Below are positions 39,235 to 53,589 of a stretch of DNA of 64,000 nucleotides, one piece after another. Source of the DNA: Vermamoeba vermiformis. Its lineage: Eukaryota. The position numbers and the translations under genes were made by a program. How positions within the stretch are numbered: the stretch's first letter is position 1; the number at the start of each line of letters is the position of its first letter. The stretch spans positions 682,001 to 746,000 of the forward strand of contig JBEWZL010000011.1 in assembly GCA_045837725.1 (NCBI GenBank), read 5' to 3'. The notes below the pieces were generated by a model. That model was not told where the DNA came from, did not search any database, and saw nothing but the letters and a program-made list of their open reading frames with translations.

Positions 39235-42035
39235 TCAAACAGTCTTCCGTGGGCCTCTTATGATCTCGGTCAGGAACGGATGTTGCACTGCTTGTGTAGC
39301 GGAGAAGCGAACCGCCGGATCTGTTTCGAGCAACCATCTAAACAGATCCACTGCATAACAAGGATCAGTATTCGATAATATCAAGTCATTTTGTACTTAC
39401 CAGCGCTCGGCGTTGCCACGTGGGTTAATTTTCCTTCCTCGAGCCAATCAATCATCAATTTAATGTCGTCTTCTGTATTTAATTCAATATCGTACATCTA
39501 TATATGAATAATATTATTAAGATCTATATGATTTATAAGAGTTTCATACGTACCAATGACGCGCAGACTAACGCAGCAGAATAACTGTCGGATTTGACAG
39601 AGCCGTACCGTTTAGAGCGCCTCATGTCTTCGATGGTGAAGCAACACATTTCCTGCAGCTCAGGTGGCTTGTAATAATCGGTGCCGAAGAATATATCGAA
39701 CTCTTCTGCATCCTCGTTCATTGCAAACTAAAAATTTGTAAGCGAAATAAGAAACTTATTAGGATTGATTCAATCGGCCTTAATTTACCTCAAAGCCTGT
39801 TAACTTGTAGTTCTTTTTCTTGTCCATCATAATATTGCTTGGTTTGATGTCGCGATGCAGGTAGTTCCTTTTGTGGATGCGCGCCAATGACTATTCAAAA
39901 TGTTAGACGTGGCTACATCGTTACATTACTTACGTGCATAATATCTATAGTAATGTTTTGAAGCTCTTTTGCGCTATCGATGCGTTTAGGCAATGGATAA
40001 AGTCGTTCTAAGATCAAGTAGCCTAATGTACTGTTCTCGATCTGCCCCCACGTGTGCAACCATTCAATTCCCGGACCTAATATTATAACCAATCAATAAA
40101 ATATTATCGTTTCGAAACTTAATTTGAACTTTTGAAGCGAGATTCGGAAGACAAGATCCTGAACCAAAATTGTAGCATTACATACCTCTTAATTTTGCTA
40201 GTACCGCTGATTCTTTTTCAATACGACGCCACGGAGCTATTTTAATAATACCCACACCTTTGTCTTTACGACACTCGAATATTTTTACTTCGCCATTCTG
40301 CATCCGAAGAATTAGTTCCATGAAAAAACGATTAAATAACGAATGACTTACGTCTTTAATCAGGTCAATATGACTGAATCCATTGGTTATTAGTTTATCG
40401 CAGAACTGTTTTATATGCGCTGAATCTTCGACGGATGTAGCAGCTCGATCGTGTAACGTATCGACTGGTCTTAGGCCCAGCTTATTTTCTATACTAATAG
40501 GGTTCTTCTTATTCAAAGCTCCATTTTGAGTAGCATTGCTATGTGGTAGTATGACGTTAGGACTATGATTTTCTTTGTCGGCTTGATCCACATCCGCTGC
40601 TCGTTTAATAGACTCGATCTTGTTCGAATACGATTGCTTCTTCTCAACTTTATTAATAATACTCTCTTTAATGAACGGATGGTGCAGTGCTTGTGTTGCC
40701 GAGAAACGTACGGTCGGATCTTTTTCGAGTAACCATCGAAACAGATCCACTACAAAGCGTACAAGTTTAATAACAAGTAATAATAATAACGCGCGTTGAC
40801 CAAGTTTGACCGATTTTCACTTACCAGCACTAGGCGTGGCCACGTGTTCTAGTATTCGGTCGTCGAGCCAATCGCTTATCGTTTTAATGTCATTTATCGT
40901 GCCCAATTCGATATCGTACATCTATATAAGAATAGTATTAAGAGCTATATGATTTAAGATAGTTTCATACCAATGATGCGCAGACCAACGCAGCAGAATA
41001 AGTATCGGATTTGGCGGATCCATACCGTTTAGAGCGTCTCATGTCTTCGATGGTGAAGCAACACATTTCCTGCAGTTCAGGTGGCTTGTAAAAATCGGTG
41101 CCGAAGAATATATCGAACTCTTCTGCGTCCTCATGCATCGCAAACTAATAATTTGTAAGCGAAATTTAGTTTTATTAGTATTAATTTGTGAAGAGTTAGA
41201 AATACCTCAAAGTCTATTAGCTTTATGTGCTTATTCATGTCCATCATAATATTGCTCGGTTTGACGTCGCGATGCAGGTAGTTCCTTTTGTGGATGCGCG
41301 CCAACGCCTGGAGTTAAGGTTAATCATTACCATACCTTAAATAACTTTGTTCTTACGTCCATGATGCCCGCAGTAATATGTCGAAGCTCTTGTATGTTAT
41401 CGACGCGTTTCGGTAATGGATAGAGTCGTTCTAAGATCATGTAACCGAACTTGCTGTTCTCGATCTGGCCGCTCGTGTACAAACGTTCAACGCCTGGACC
41501 TAGCAACATCATTATTAATATAATGCAAGATTGCAATCCAGACTAAGATGGGCTTTAACTAACTTAGTAGCCAAGATCTGATGCTAAAGATCGTTTCGAC
41601 GAATATTCTCTACTCACGTACCTTGTAGTTGCGTTAATGCAAGAACCTCCTTTTCAACGCGCATCCATGGAGCCAATTTAATAGCATACAGCTCAGTCTC
41701 TTTGCAGCATTCGAAGATCTTGGCCTCACCGTGCTGTGGCCTCAATTAGAACAACAGGAAGCAATGCGATCTATGACGTACCTTTTTAATCAGCTTGATA
41801 TTATTAAAGCCATTGGCAACTAAAACATCGCGTAATTGCTTCTCGTGTGCTGAATCTTCTTCGATCAAAGCTGCATCTTCTGCTGTAATTAATCGTTCGT
41901 CATCTGTCTATTTTATTAATTATTAATCGGCTATTTAATAGCACTTAATACTTTGTTAATAGCTTGCCCATAATTTAAATTTATTCTGGCGGGATCTATG
42001 CAGTTCATTGCTTCCATTGTCATGACTGATTCCAT
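39235..42035 (-). CDS. Tandem two-domain atypical protein kinase (kinase + probable pseudokinase)
   Basis: Two near-identical modules: YAIK/HRDVKPSN/LIDFE/GTDFYKPPE and GIIK/HRDIKPSN/LTGFE/GTDYYKPPE. They are joined in frame by ORF 40178-40750. The start codon is tentative. Confidence 0.85.
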
Positions 42036-42456
42036 ACTTGCGCTACAATATCTAATAACATTAATTATTAATTTTGATCGTTTGGCGCGTGCTGAAGAAA
42101 GATTATAAGAAGTTTACCTCGATTTGTTAGATCTAGTAGAGCGTGTTTGCGTTTAATGCCAAGAATTTGCCTTAAAATTGCTTGACAATTATAACTTCGC
42201 TGCTTTGAATGGTTTGAAATCGGATCTACATTCAAAACTGAAAGTTGAACAAAACTTAATTTTTAGGTTTACCAGATCCGTCGGAAAAAAATACCTCGAC
42301 AAATCCTAGGATCAAATAGCGTTATTAAAGTATGCTCTCGGTGCGGCGTTGCAGCGCTCAAACGGAATTTTCAATGCTCTAAATTTGGCTGTTGGTTTTT
42401 GTGACAAACAGTTGCAATGTTATTTTTTTCTCGTGCAGAACTACAGCAGCAACACG

Positions 42457-45898
<3,442 letters not shown>

Positions 45899-46280
45899 GC
45901 GGATTTGCTACAGCATCCAAAACTCAAAACCCTTATTTAATTTAATTTATGCCTGTAAAGTGTAGAATATTCTTGTTTGTTATTATTTAATACCATTATT
46001 ATCATTGTAGACGCTAGTGTGCGAACTCTGCGGCAAAAAAATAAAACCTTTGCATTTTGACGTCAGATTTGCTTTCAAACTCTCATTAAACGCGTAAATA
46101 ATGTCATAAATACTTAATACTGGTCTTAATTAGCCTATTTTACATCTTTAGCGGTGAAATACAAAGTTTTCAACCGGATCTTGTTCGTTTAATTTTTTTG
46201 AGACGAAGAACAGGAGAGATTTGGATTTATAATCTCCTAATTAGCTTCGTCTTGTATATACACCAATCTATATATTTACG

Positions 46281-48405
46281 ATGACCGATCGTCGATATAT
46301 AGCTGATATTGCGAACAGTTTAATACCCGAAACGGATGAAGAAGCAATCTGGATAGATCACAGCAGAAATAAGCCCAAAAAGAACAAAAAACGGTCAAAT
46401 TTATTTGATTTTACAGTGGGCACTGGCGGCATATTTATTTGCTACTTAATCTACGGTATCTTGCAGGAAACGATGTAAGATTATAATTTAATTTTAAAAA
46501 TTATCAAAATAATAATAATACGCGATCCCTATTGCTAACTCGCTGTATATGACACTAAGTACGATAAATATAATAATTTTAATTATTATTAACGCGGATG
46601 TAGCACGGGCACAAAACGAGGAGAAACAGGCGAACAATTTCAATCTGCAACGTTTTTAATGACAGTACAATGTATTGCTAATACTATATTTGCTGCTATA
46701 CGTAAGTATTACAAACGTACGATAATTAACTTGTAATTGAATCAAGATCACCAAATCCGAAAAAATTAACCGTTATAAATTTAAATATTATTCTGAACGC
46801 GATCTTCGCTTTATAACTTCGTATACTACAATATCAAATATATTATGATTATTTTGGTATTTTACAAGTAATTTTTTTCTGATTTTTGTACTGGATGTAG
46901 TTATGCGCGGTAAAGAATGGACGAGCAGTGTGCCGCAACGCGATTACATTACGACTGCCTTTTCATATCTCGGAGGCATGGCTGCATCGTATCTAGCACT
47001 CGATTACATTAATTTTCCGACGATTACCTTGGCCAAGAGTTGCAAAATGATTCCAGTCATGATCACCGGATCCATCATGCATGGGTACGTAACTTTCATA
47101 ATATAGACATATTATACAATATAATATTACGAACGGTTACCTCGTTTATGATAATATCGAAAAATTAAAATATTCAAATCCGGATCTTGAACAAAAAGCT
47201 TTGCTTTTATTTATTATATCGCCGTATTAGGAAATTTATTCTACCAATATTTATATTTTCGGTTATTAAACCTTTGGCACGATAACTATAATTACTTATA
47301 ATTTTGATTTTACTACGCGTTGTTCTTATTTCGATGGTTCGTGTACTAATTAGGCAATTATTTCCAAATATAGCAAAAAGTATTCACGCGTGGAGTACGC
47401 ACGAATGGCACTGATAGCAGTCGGCGTGACGTTTTTCATGTTGAAACGATTGGATTTTTATCCGACGAGCGAACTCATGTCCGACATTTCCTCGTCGATC
47501 GATCTATCAGTCCTAATCGGGATTAGTTTGACAGTACTGTCACTCGCATTTGACGGCTACACTGGCTCCACTCAAGACACCTTCATTGCGCAGCACAAAC
47601 CGTCCACGCAACAGCTCATGTTTTACGTAAGTCACGCTGAACTCTACAAAAATTATCAAGTTTATGTTAATATTATCGTGATTAATACCAAATAAGGAAA
47701 TATCATTGAATCGACCCATACAAATTTAACTTCAAAATTCTTTCGTACAAACTACGTTTTTTTCACGCGTCATTCATAGACTCGTAATAATATTACTACT
47801 AATATGGACAATATTATTTTGGATCGAGGTCATAGTTTGACACGTGTCAAAGAAAAATACTTTTCGCGGTGCAAATTGGATCCGGATTTTATACAAAACT
47901 AACGTGTTAATTTGTTCGTATAGACGAACTTATGGTCCGTCGTGATCCTATTGGTCAATTCGCTGTTCATTCAAACCAGCACCATGTCGTACTCCATCGA
48001 CTTTTTGGCGCGACATCCGAGCGTCATTTTAGAACTCATGCTGTTTTGCGTTGTGTCGTGTCTGGGTCAAATATTTGTATTTTTTACCGTCAATCATTTA
48101 GGTAAGTCGGAAACACCTCCATTTTACCAAATAAGGAAAACGAAAGACCGATCCTTTATCAGATTCAGATCCGCTTTCCATACCAAATTAATTCTCAATT
48201 TAACACTTTTATAGGCGCACTTACATTGAGCGTGATCACCACTACGCGCAAGTTCTTCACAATTTTAATGTCCGTGCTGCTGTTCGACCATGAGCTGAAG
48301 TGGCACCAACACTTCGGCATGCTGTTGGTCTTTGCAGCGCTTGGCTGGGAGATTTACATGAGATACCACAGCAAAAAAGACAAAAAACAGCAAAAAATAC
48401 ATTAA
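46281..48405 (+). CDS. SLC35B1: Nucleotide-sugar transporter, SLC35B1/UAA family
   Basis: GGIFICYLIYGILQE, ALDYINFPTITLAKSCKMIPVM, LAFDGYTGSTQD, GQIFVF, ITTTRKFFTIL. Confidence 0.88.
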
Positions 48406-48559
48406 AATGTACATTAATTACTAAAAACGAAAACATACTTCCTTGTCTGTCAGCACTTGGTTAGGCTTGCAAAGTTTTACCATGCAGCTGGTTTGTACAA
48501 GCACCACTTTGTAGTATCTACATGTAGTCTGTTTTTTCTTTCAAGGCCAGACTGGAGAA

Positions 48560-51221
48560 TCAGGACTTGTCAAAGAACTGGTGTTGCAGTATTTGCGATG
48601 CTGAATATCGCATGTGTGGTGATGGATGCAACAATTTGCAAATCATATCGACTGGTGCAAAAAGTAATGGTTAGCATTATCTTAGACTAATTACAGTTGT
48701 ACATACGTGCCAATTCTGTCATGACACCAGTGATTTTTCCCTCATTGATCCACTCAAGCATGTCTTCAACATCACCTTCCCATCGCAAATTGATGCCATA
48801 CATCTGTTACATTGTATTAATACCAACATTTAAGCAACATCCTTGCCATACCATTGATGCAATTACCAATCCAAGAGCATAGCTGTCGGCTTTGTCTGAT
48901 CCTTGGATGTGCCCTTGAATCAACTTTTGTGCACTGTAACCATGTGCATAGCATGTATCGAATAGCTCTGGGGGCTTGTACATTGCCGTGCCATATAAGG
49001 TTATAAAGTCTGTGGCTGCCACATCCATTGCACACTTAAGATTGTTATTAAAACAGTTTGTCATATCAAATCATTACCTCAAAGTCAATCAATCTTATTT
49101 GATTATCTTTGGTCATCATGATATTGCTATGCTTAATGTCTCTGTGGATCCAATTCTTTTTATGAATAAAAGCAAGGGCCTAAATATTTATAGGTAAGAA
49201 AGTACACCCTACACATTCAAAATACTTACCTCAAGCATTTGCCTTGATATGACTCTACTTTCTTCAGTTGATTTAAATGCTTCAGGCAAGTTGTACAATC
49301 GTTCAAGAACTATGTAGCCCAACTTCTCATGTCCAGGTATTTCACCTTGTGCATAAATGCGTACAATGCCATTATGTTCTACAACAAATTGTGTTAAATC
49401 AACCTTTAGAATGAGCACCTACTTTTGTTGAATACTTTCAAGGCAGCAACTTCATATTGAATTTGAAGCAGAGAGTTGATTTTAAATGCAAATAGATTCG
49501 TTCCTCCTTTCACTTCAAACACAGTAGAAAGTCCATACTGAAACTATTAATCAAGGGTTGGACATTGAAAACAATACTTACTTGATGCACAAATTTGATA
49601 TCAGTGTAGCCTCTCTTTTCCAGATCAGCACAAAATTCTTGAATTTGCAACAACAATTTTGTTTGTTTGACTTCATCTTTGCTTTCAGTGCATGAGTTGC
49701 TTTTGTCATTGGTATTGTTGCTTGGATCAGATGCATTGAGGCCAATAATGCCATCAAGAGTTTGATTCAGTGAAGTCATTTCTGATTCTGTCAATTTGTT
49801 CTCTTCTGCAAGCTTACGAATCCACTTGATTAAAGTGTTGTAATTGGGTGTGAGCTTCTTGAATACTTCTTGCAAGTATGCAGCCAGTCTGTAGACTATT
49901 GCACCGCAATGGAAAGCAGCACTCAAACTGTCAAGCTGTCCAGCCCAAACAGTGTGTACTTCTTTTTGATTATTTCCATTGAGATCTTTAGTCATGACTT
50001 GTAGAGACCAATCATAGCCATGAGAATAAATTCCAAAGGTGAATTCTGGTGGTTCAACCCAAACCAATTCATGAATTTGTTGTATGCAATTCATTTCACC
50101 GGCAAGTTTTGAGCTGATAACAATTAATTTTCTTCAACACTGCAAAAGCATACTTACATGTCTTGAGCATCATCTGACCCTGTGAATTCAGCTACAACAG
50201 TAGGCAATAAAACTTCATTTGTGCCCAAGCAGACTCCAAAGTCAAGCAATAACTCCAAGCATGTACAAAGATCTTCCATATTTGGCAATAGTGATTCGAC
50301 GTAACTGTCACCACCAACCTTCTTAACTATGAAAAGCCCCATAACAGCATCTGGTCTTAGATCACTGAGCTTTGGATTGACATTCACTGGTGAGAACAAC
50401 TGCTTATCTGGCCCACAAAAATAGCCAAAAGATTGTGCTAATAACGCGTTTGCAAACAGTGATACGTGTGGCTCGCTTAATTTTTCGTTACCACGCCAAA
50501 TTGTGTTGTAGATGGTTCCAAGAGACATAAATAGTGCATCACGATGACAATTAGAGGTCTCTAGAGCAAAAGATTCTTTTGTGCCCATTGCGAGCAAATC
50601 TGGCGAGACTTTCAGCAACAGATCGCCATCGTGGAACTTAATTAACCCGTCAGAACGCTGCAACAAAGATGAGAATATGGTTACTAATAAACGTAGATGC
50701 CTAACGCTTACCAATTGAAAGATCTTGCGAATCTGCTCGGGCACAACGACATCCGTAGAAAGTATTTGCCAAGGGAAATGTGGCATTGCTCGAATAGAAC
50801 TTGCCAAGGAATTTTGCGATCGTGCAAAAAGCTCTATAACATTATCTGCTTTAATAAAACCTTCTGAAACACGCTCGGATGTCGCAATTTCATTTTGCTG
50901 GCGAGTGTTTTGTTCTATACTCGCCTAAATATATATAACAATTAGCATCCTTCATAATAGTAATATTTAGTAATAAATGGACTTTCATTCAAATGAACTG
51001 GCGTCCGAAAAAGCCTTCTTCGTATACTTTTTGGCTCTATGAAGTAATAATTTAAATATACTATACCAAGAAATATGTTGCAACTTATTGCTTCATTTAC
51101 CTTTATTCGGCGTGATTGCAATGTGAGGCAGAACGTCCAAGATTTGATCTGTCGCATCCCGTTGTAGAGAATTCAGTACGGAATTGGTGTTAAAAGCAAG
51201 CTCATAATTATTCTCTTCCAT
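48560..51221 (-). CDS. REase-fold domain + C-terminal atypical 'DFE' protein kinase (Crinkler-like architecture); 5' exons uncertain
   Basis: RPDAVMG...VVAEFT...KLAGEM...FGIYSHGYDW, then FAFK, GYIVLERLY, HRDIKHSN, LIDFE, GTAMYKPPE, ADSYALG, RYSASQILQHQFF. The kinase exons splice in frame. Confidence 0.78.
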
Positions 51222-51684
51222 ATATTCGTTTCAGGTCTTATTGAAGGCTAATTACCAAACAATTGTTTAGTTTGCGTTTTTAGGGCCGCTTCTAGTCATT
51301 TGTGCACGTAACTATTCGAACCGCTTTACTAATAATATAAATAAATTAATCTGCAGCAAAAAGTCAACAAAGATGTTGTGCACGATCAGATTCGATTCAA
51401 AAAAGACCGCCAAAATTTGAATAGCGTGCAAATTCGGGCCTAACAAATTGTTTTGCCTGCTTTTCAACTCATAGCACCATGGCCGAGAACAATAACAAGG
51501 CTAAGGTGTCGGTAATTAAATTATCTGCCAGTTGACCAAGTAAGAACGAATAATCCAAGTCAAATCAGATCGGTTTGCCAGTTTGAGCATTTTTATTGAG
51601 ATATTTATTAAGGTAGCATATGGACATACCAATCCGATTTAGAGACGAATTAAGAACCAGCCACGCCAAATCCGGGCGAAAGTA

Positions 51685-53211
51685 CTGATAAGTCGGAAGA
51701 AATTGACCAAAAAAATTCTTAAATTTCGTTTTGCATAATTTCAGTTTTTCTCGCCTTTGTGGCATTCAATAATGCCAAGCAAACTGAAACGACGTGGCTC
51801 GCCAGGCCAGCCGTACAAAAATGAAGTTGTGCAGGCAGCGCTGCGACTCTTACGGGAGCGGGAGAGGGCCCCTAAGAAAAGGGGTTTGACTTACCGCGCT
51901 ATTGCAAATCGTGTGGGCGTTTGGTCTCACGCTACGATTCACAATTGGGCCAATCGTGATATGAGAGTTCGCGAACAGAAGAAACGGATCCTTAACAGAG
52001 GCCACAAAAGATTGCTCAGTCGCCGAGAAGAACGTATTATTGCAGGATACACGATTTTGAGGTCTATTAATAGCCTCAGCGCCACAACGAGAGATGTGCG
52101 ACTTTTTCTACTAGAAGGCTTCGGAATTCGTGCCAAACCCACATGGTTGAAGGAATGGGCCTCTCGAAACCATTTATCATGGAAGCGCCCTCAAAGACGA
52201 ACATTTGGCCGTCCTCTTCGTGACCAAGAAGAAAAATTAGTGAAATTTCTAGAAGAGATCAGATCTTTGAACAAAGCTCCACGTCAGATTGCCTGTGTGG
52301 ATAAAGTATATTTTCAGAGTCAAGCAGTTGCAGGAAGGCAATTATCAATGGTGGGTGCGTAAGTTGAACCAAGAATTTCTGAATCGTAAATGAAGTTTTC
52401 GCTAATCGCACTTGAAATGGAAATTTCAGCGGCACTCCGAAGCTGAACGCAATTAAACGGTCTTTCACTGACTGTTTATATGTCATGCTTGTGGCTGATG
52501 GTTCCGTGGGGCCATTTTATTATTCAACGAAAGACAAAAACTTTGCCGAGCCTAAATTTAGTCATGATTTTGGTTTCGTAGATGTGCAGAGCAAAGGACG
52601 AGGATTTGGCGAAGAGTCGTTCCTTAAATATCTTCAACTGGTGCTTGATCAAAATTACCTTCAATCTGGCGACGTATTGCTGCTTGATAACGAGAAATCT
52701 TTCAGTACGAAAAAAGTCACGGATCTCTTAACCAAAAAAGGAATAATTGTCAAGCATTTCCCGGTCAGCCTTGGCTCTATCGTTGATCCGTGCGACAATT
52801 CGTTTAATGCGGAACTCAAAGAATCGGTTTATGAAGAAATGGCCTTCACCACCAACTCTTCAACACAAAATAAGATGTCAATAGTGGAGAAATGCTTTTG
52901 GCGGATCTCGGAACAATCAATCGAAAATTACTTCAAACATTGCGGAATTATTGGACACAAGTATCGCGAACAGGTTCGTCGAATAATACGAGAAGGAATG
53001 ATTCCCTCTTCGCAATACACCTCACTGCATCGAGACCAAATTAGTCAATTCCTAAAATGGGCACGAGCGAATAAATTTAACGTCGCGCAGTTCGAAACGA
53101 AACACCTGCCAAGGGTAACGAAGGAAAATAAATAAATAACTGAAATTAATCTCTATTGCAAGTCAAATGATTAATAAATAAATTTTTGGTCAATTTCTTC
53201 CGACTTATCAG
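51685..53211 (+). mobile_element. pogo-like IS630/Tc1/mariner DNA transposon, 1527 bp, 29-bp TIRs, TA target-site duplication
   Basis: CTGATAAGTCGGAAGAAATTGACCAAAAA at 51685-51713 with an exact reverse complement at 53183-53211. TA flanks both ends (51683-84 and 53212-13). Confidence 0.96.
51772..53135 (+). CDS. Transposase (~430 aa; HTH + CENP-B-type HTH + DD35D), one intron at 52359-52429
   Basis: Removing the 71-nt GTAAGT...TTTCAG intron fuses the two ORFs in frame. Candidate triad is CVD, LLDN and DPCD, with 35 residues between the last two Asp. Confidence 0.9.
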
Positions 53212-53589
53212 TAATTTACCAAAATCATTTTGCTGAAGTTTTTTCATAAAATAGGTGCGGAGTAAGGTCAAACCATCAAATAATAATATTTGACAATAGT
53301 TACTTCTTCCTTTATCGAGCAACCGGTTGCTTGGGCTTTCCTAAAACTCATCGCGTATCTGAAGAGTATTGAGCAGGTTGTTTAGTATCAATTGCTACGC
53401 CGAATAGGTGCAAGTCACTAGCGAATGGCGATTAGTGTTAGCGGAAGTATTAGTGTTGGTGCGTGGTATTAGTAACGGTTACTAAAAAAAATTTATTGTG
53501 CTCGCGTATTTTTATTGGACAACAGAACAGCTTGTATATTATTATCAACCTTATTTGTATATTAATGACTTCAATCTTGCCATTATAAA

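Noticed and set aside
49080-49200. Possible frameshift making the REase-kinase a pseudogene
   Set aside because: Recounting the A-run gives CAT AAA AAG AAT TGG ATC CAC AGA GAC, which is in frame (HKKNWIHRD).
51757-53135. Programmed frameshift or broken transposase (two ORFs as in bacterial IS630)
   Set aside because: A canonical GTAAGT...CTAAT...CAG intron joins the two ORFs in frame.
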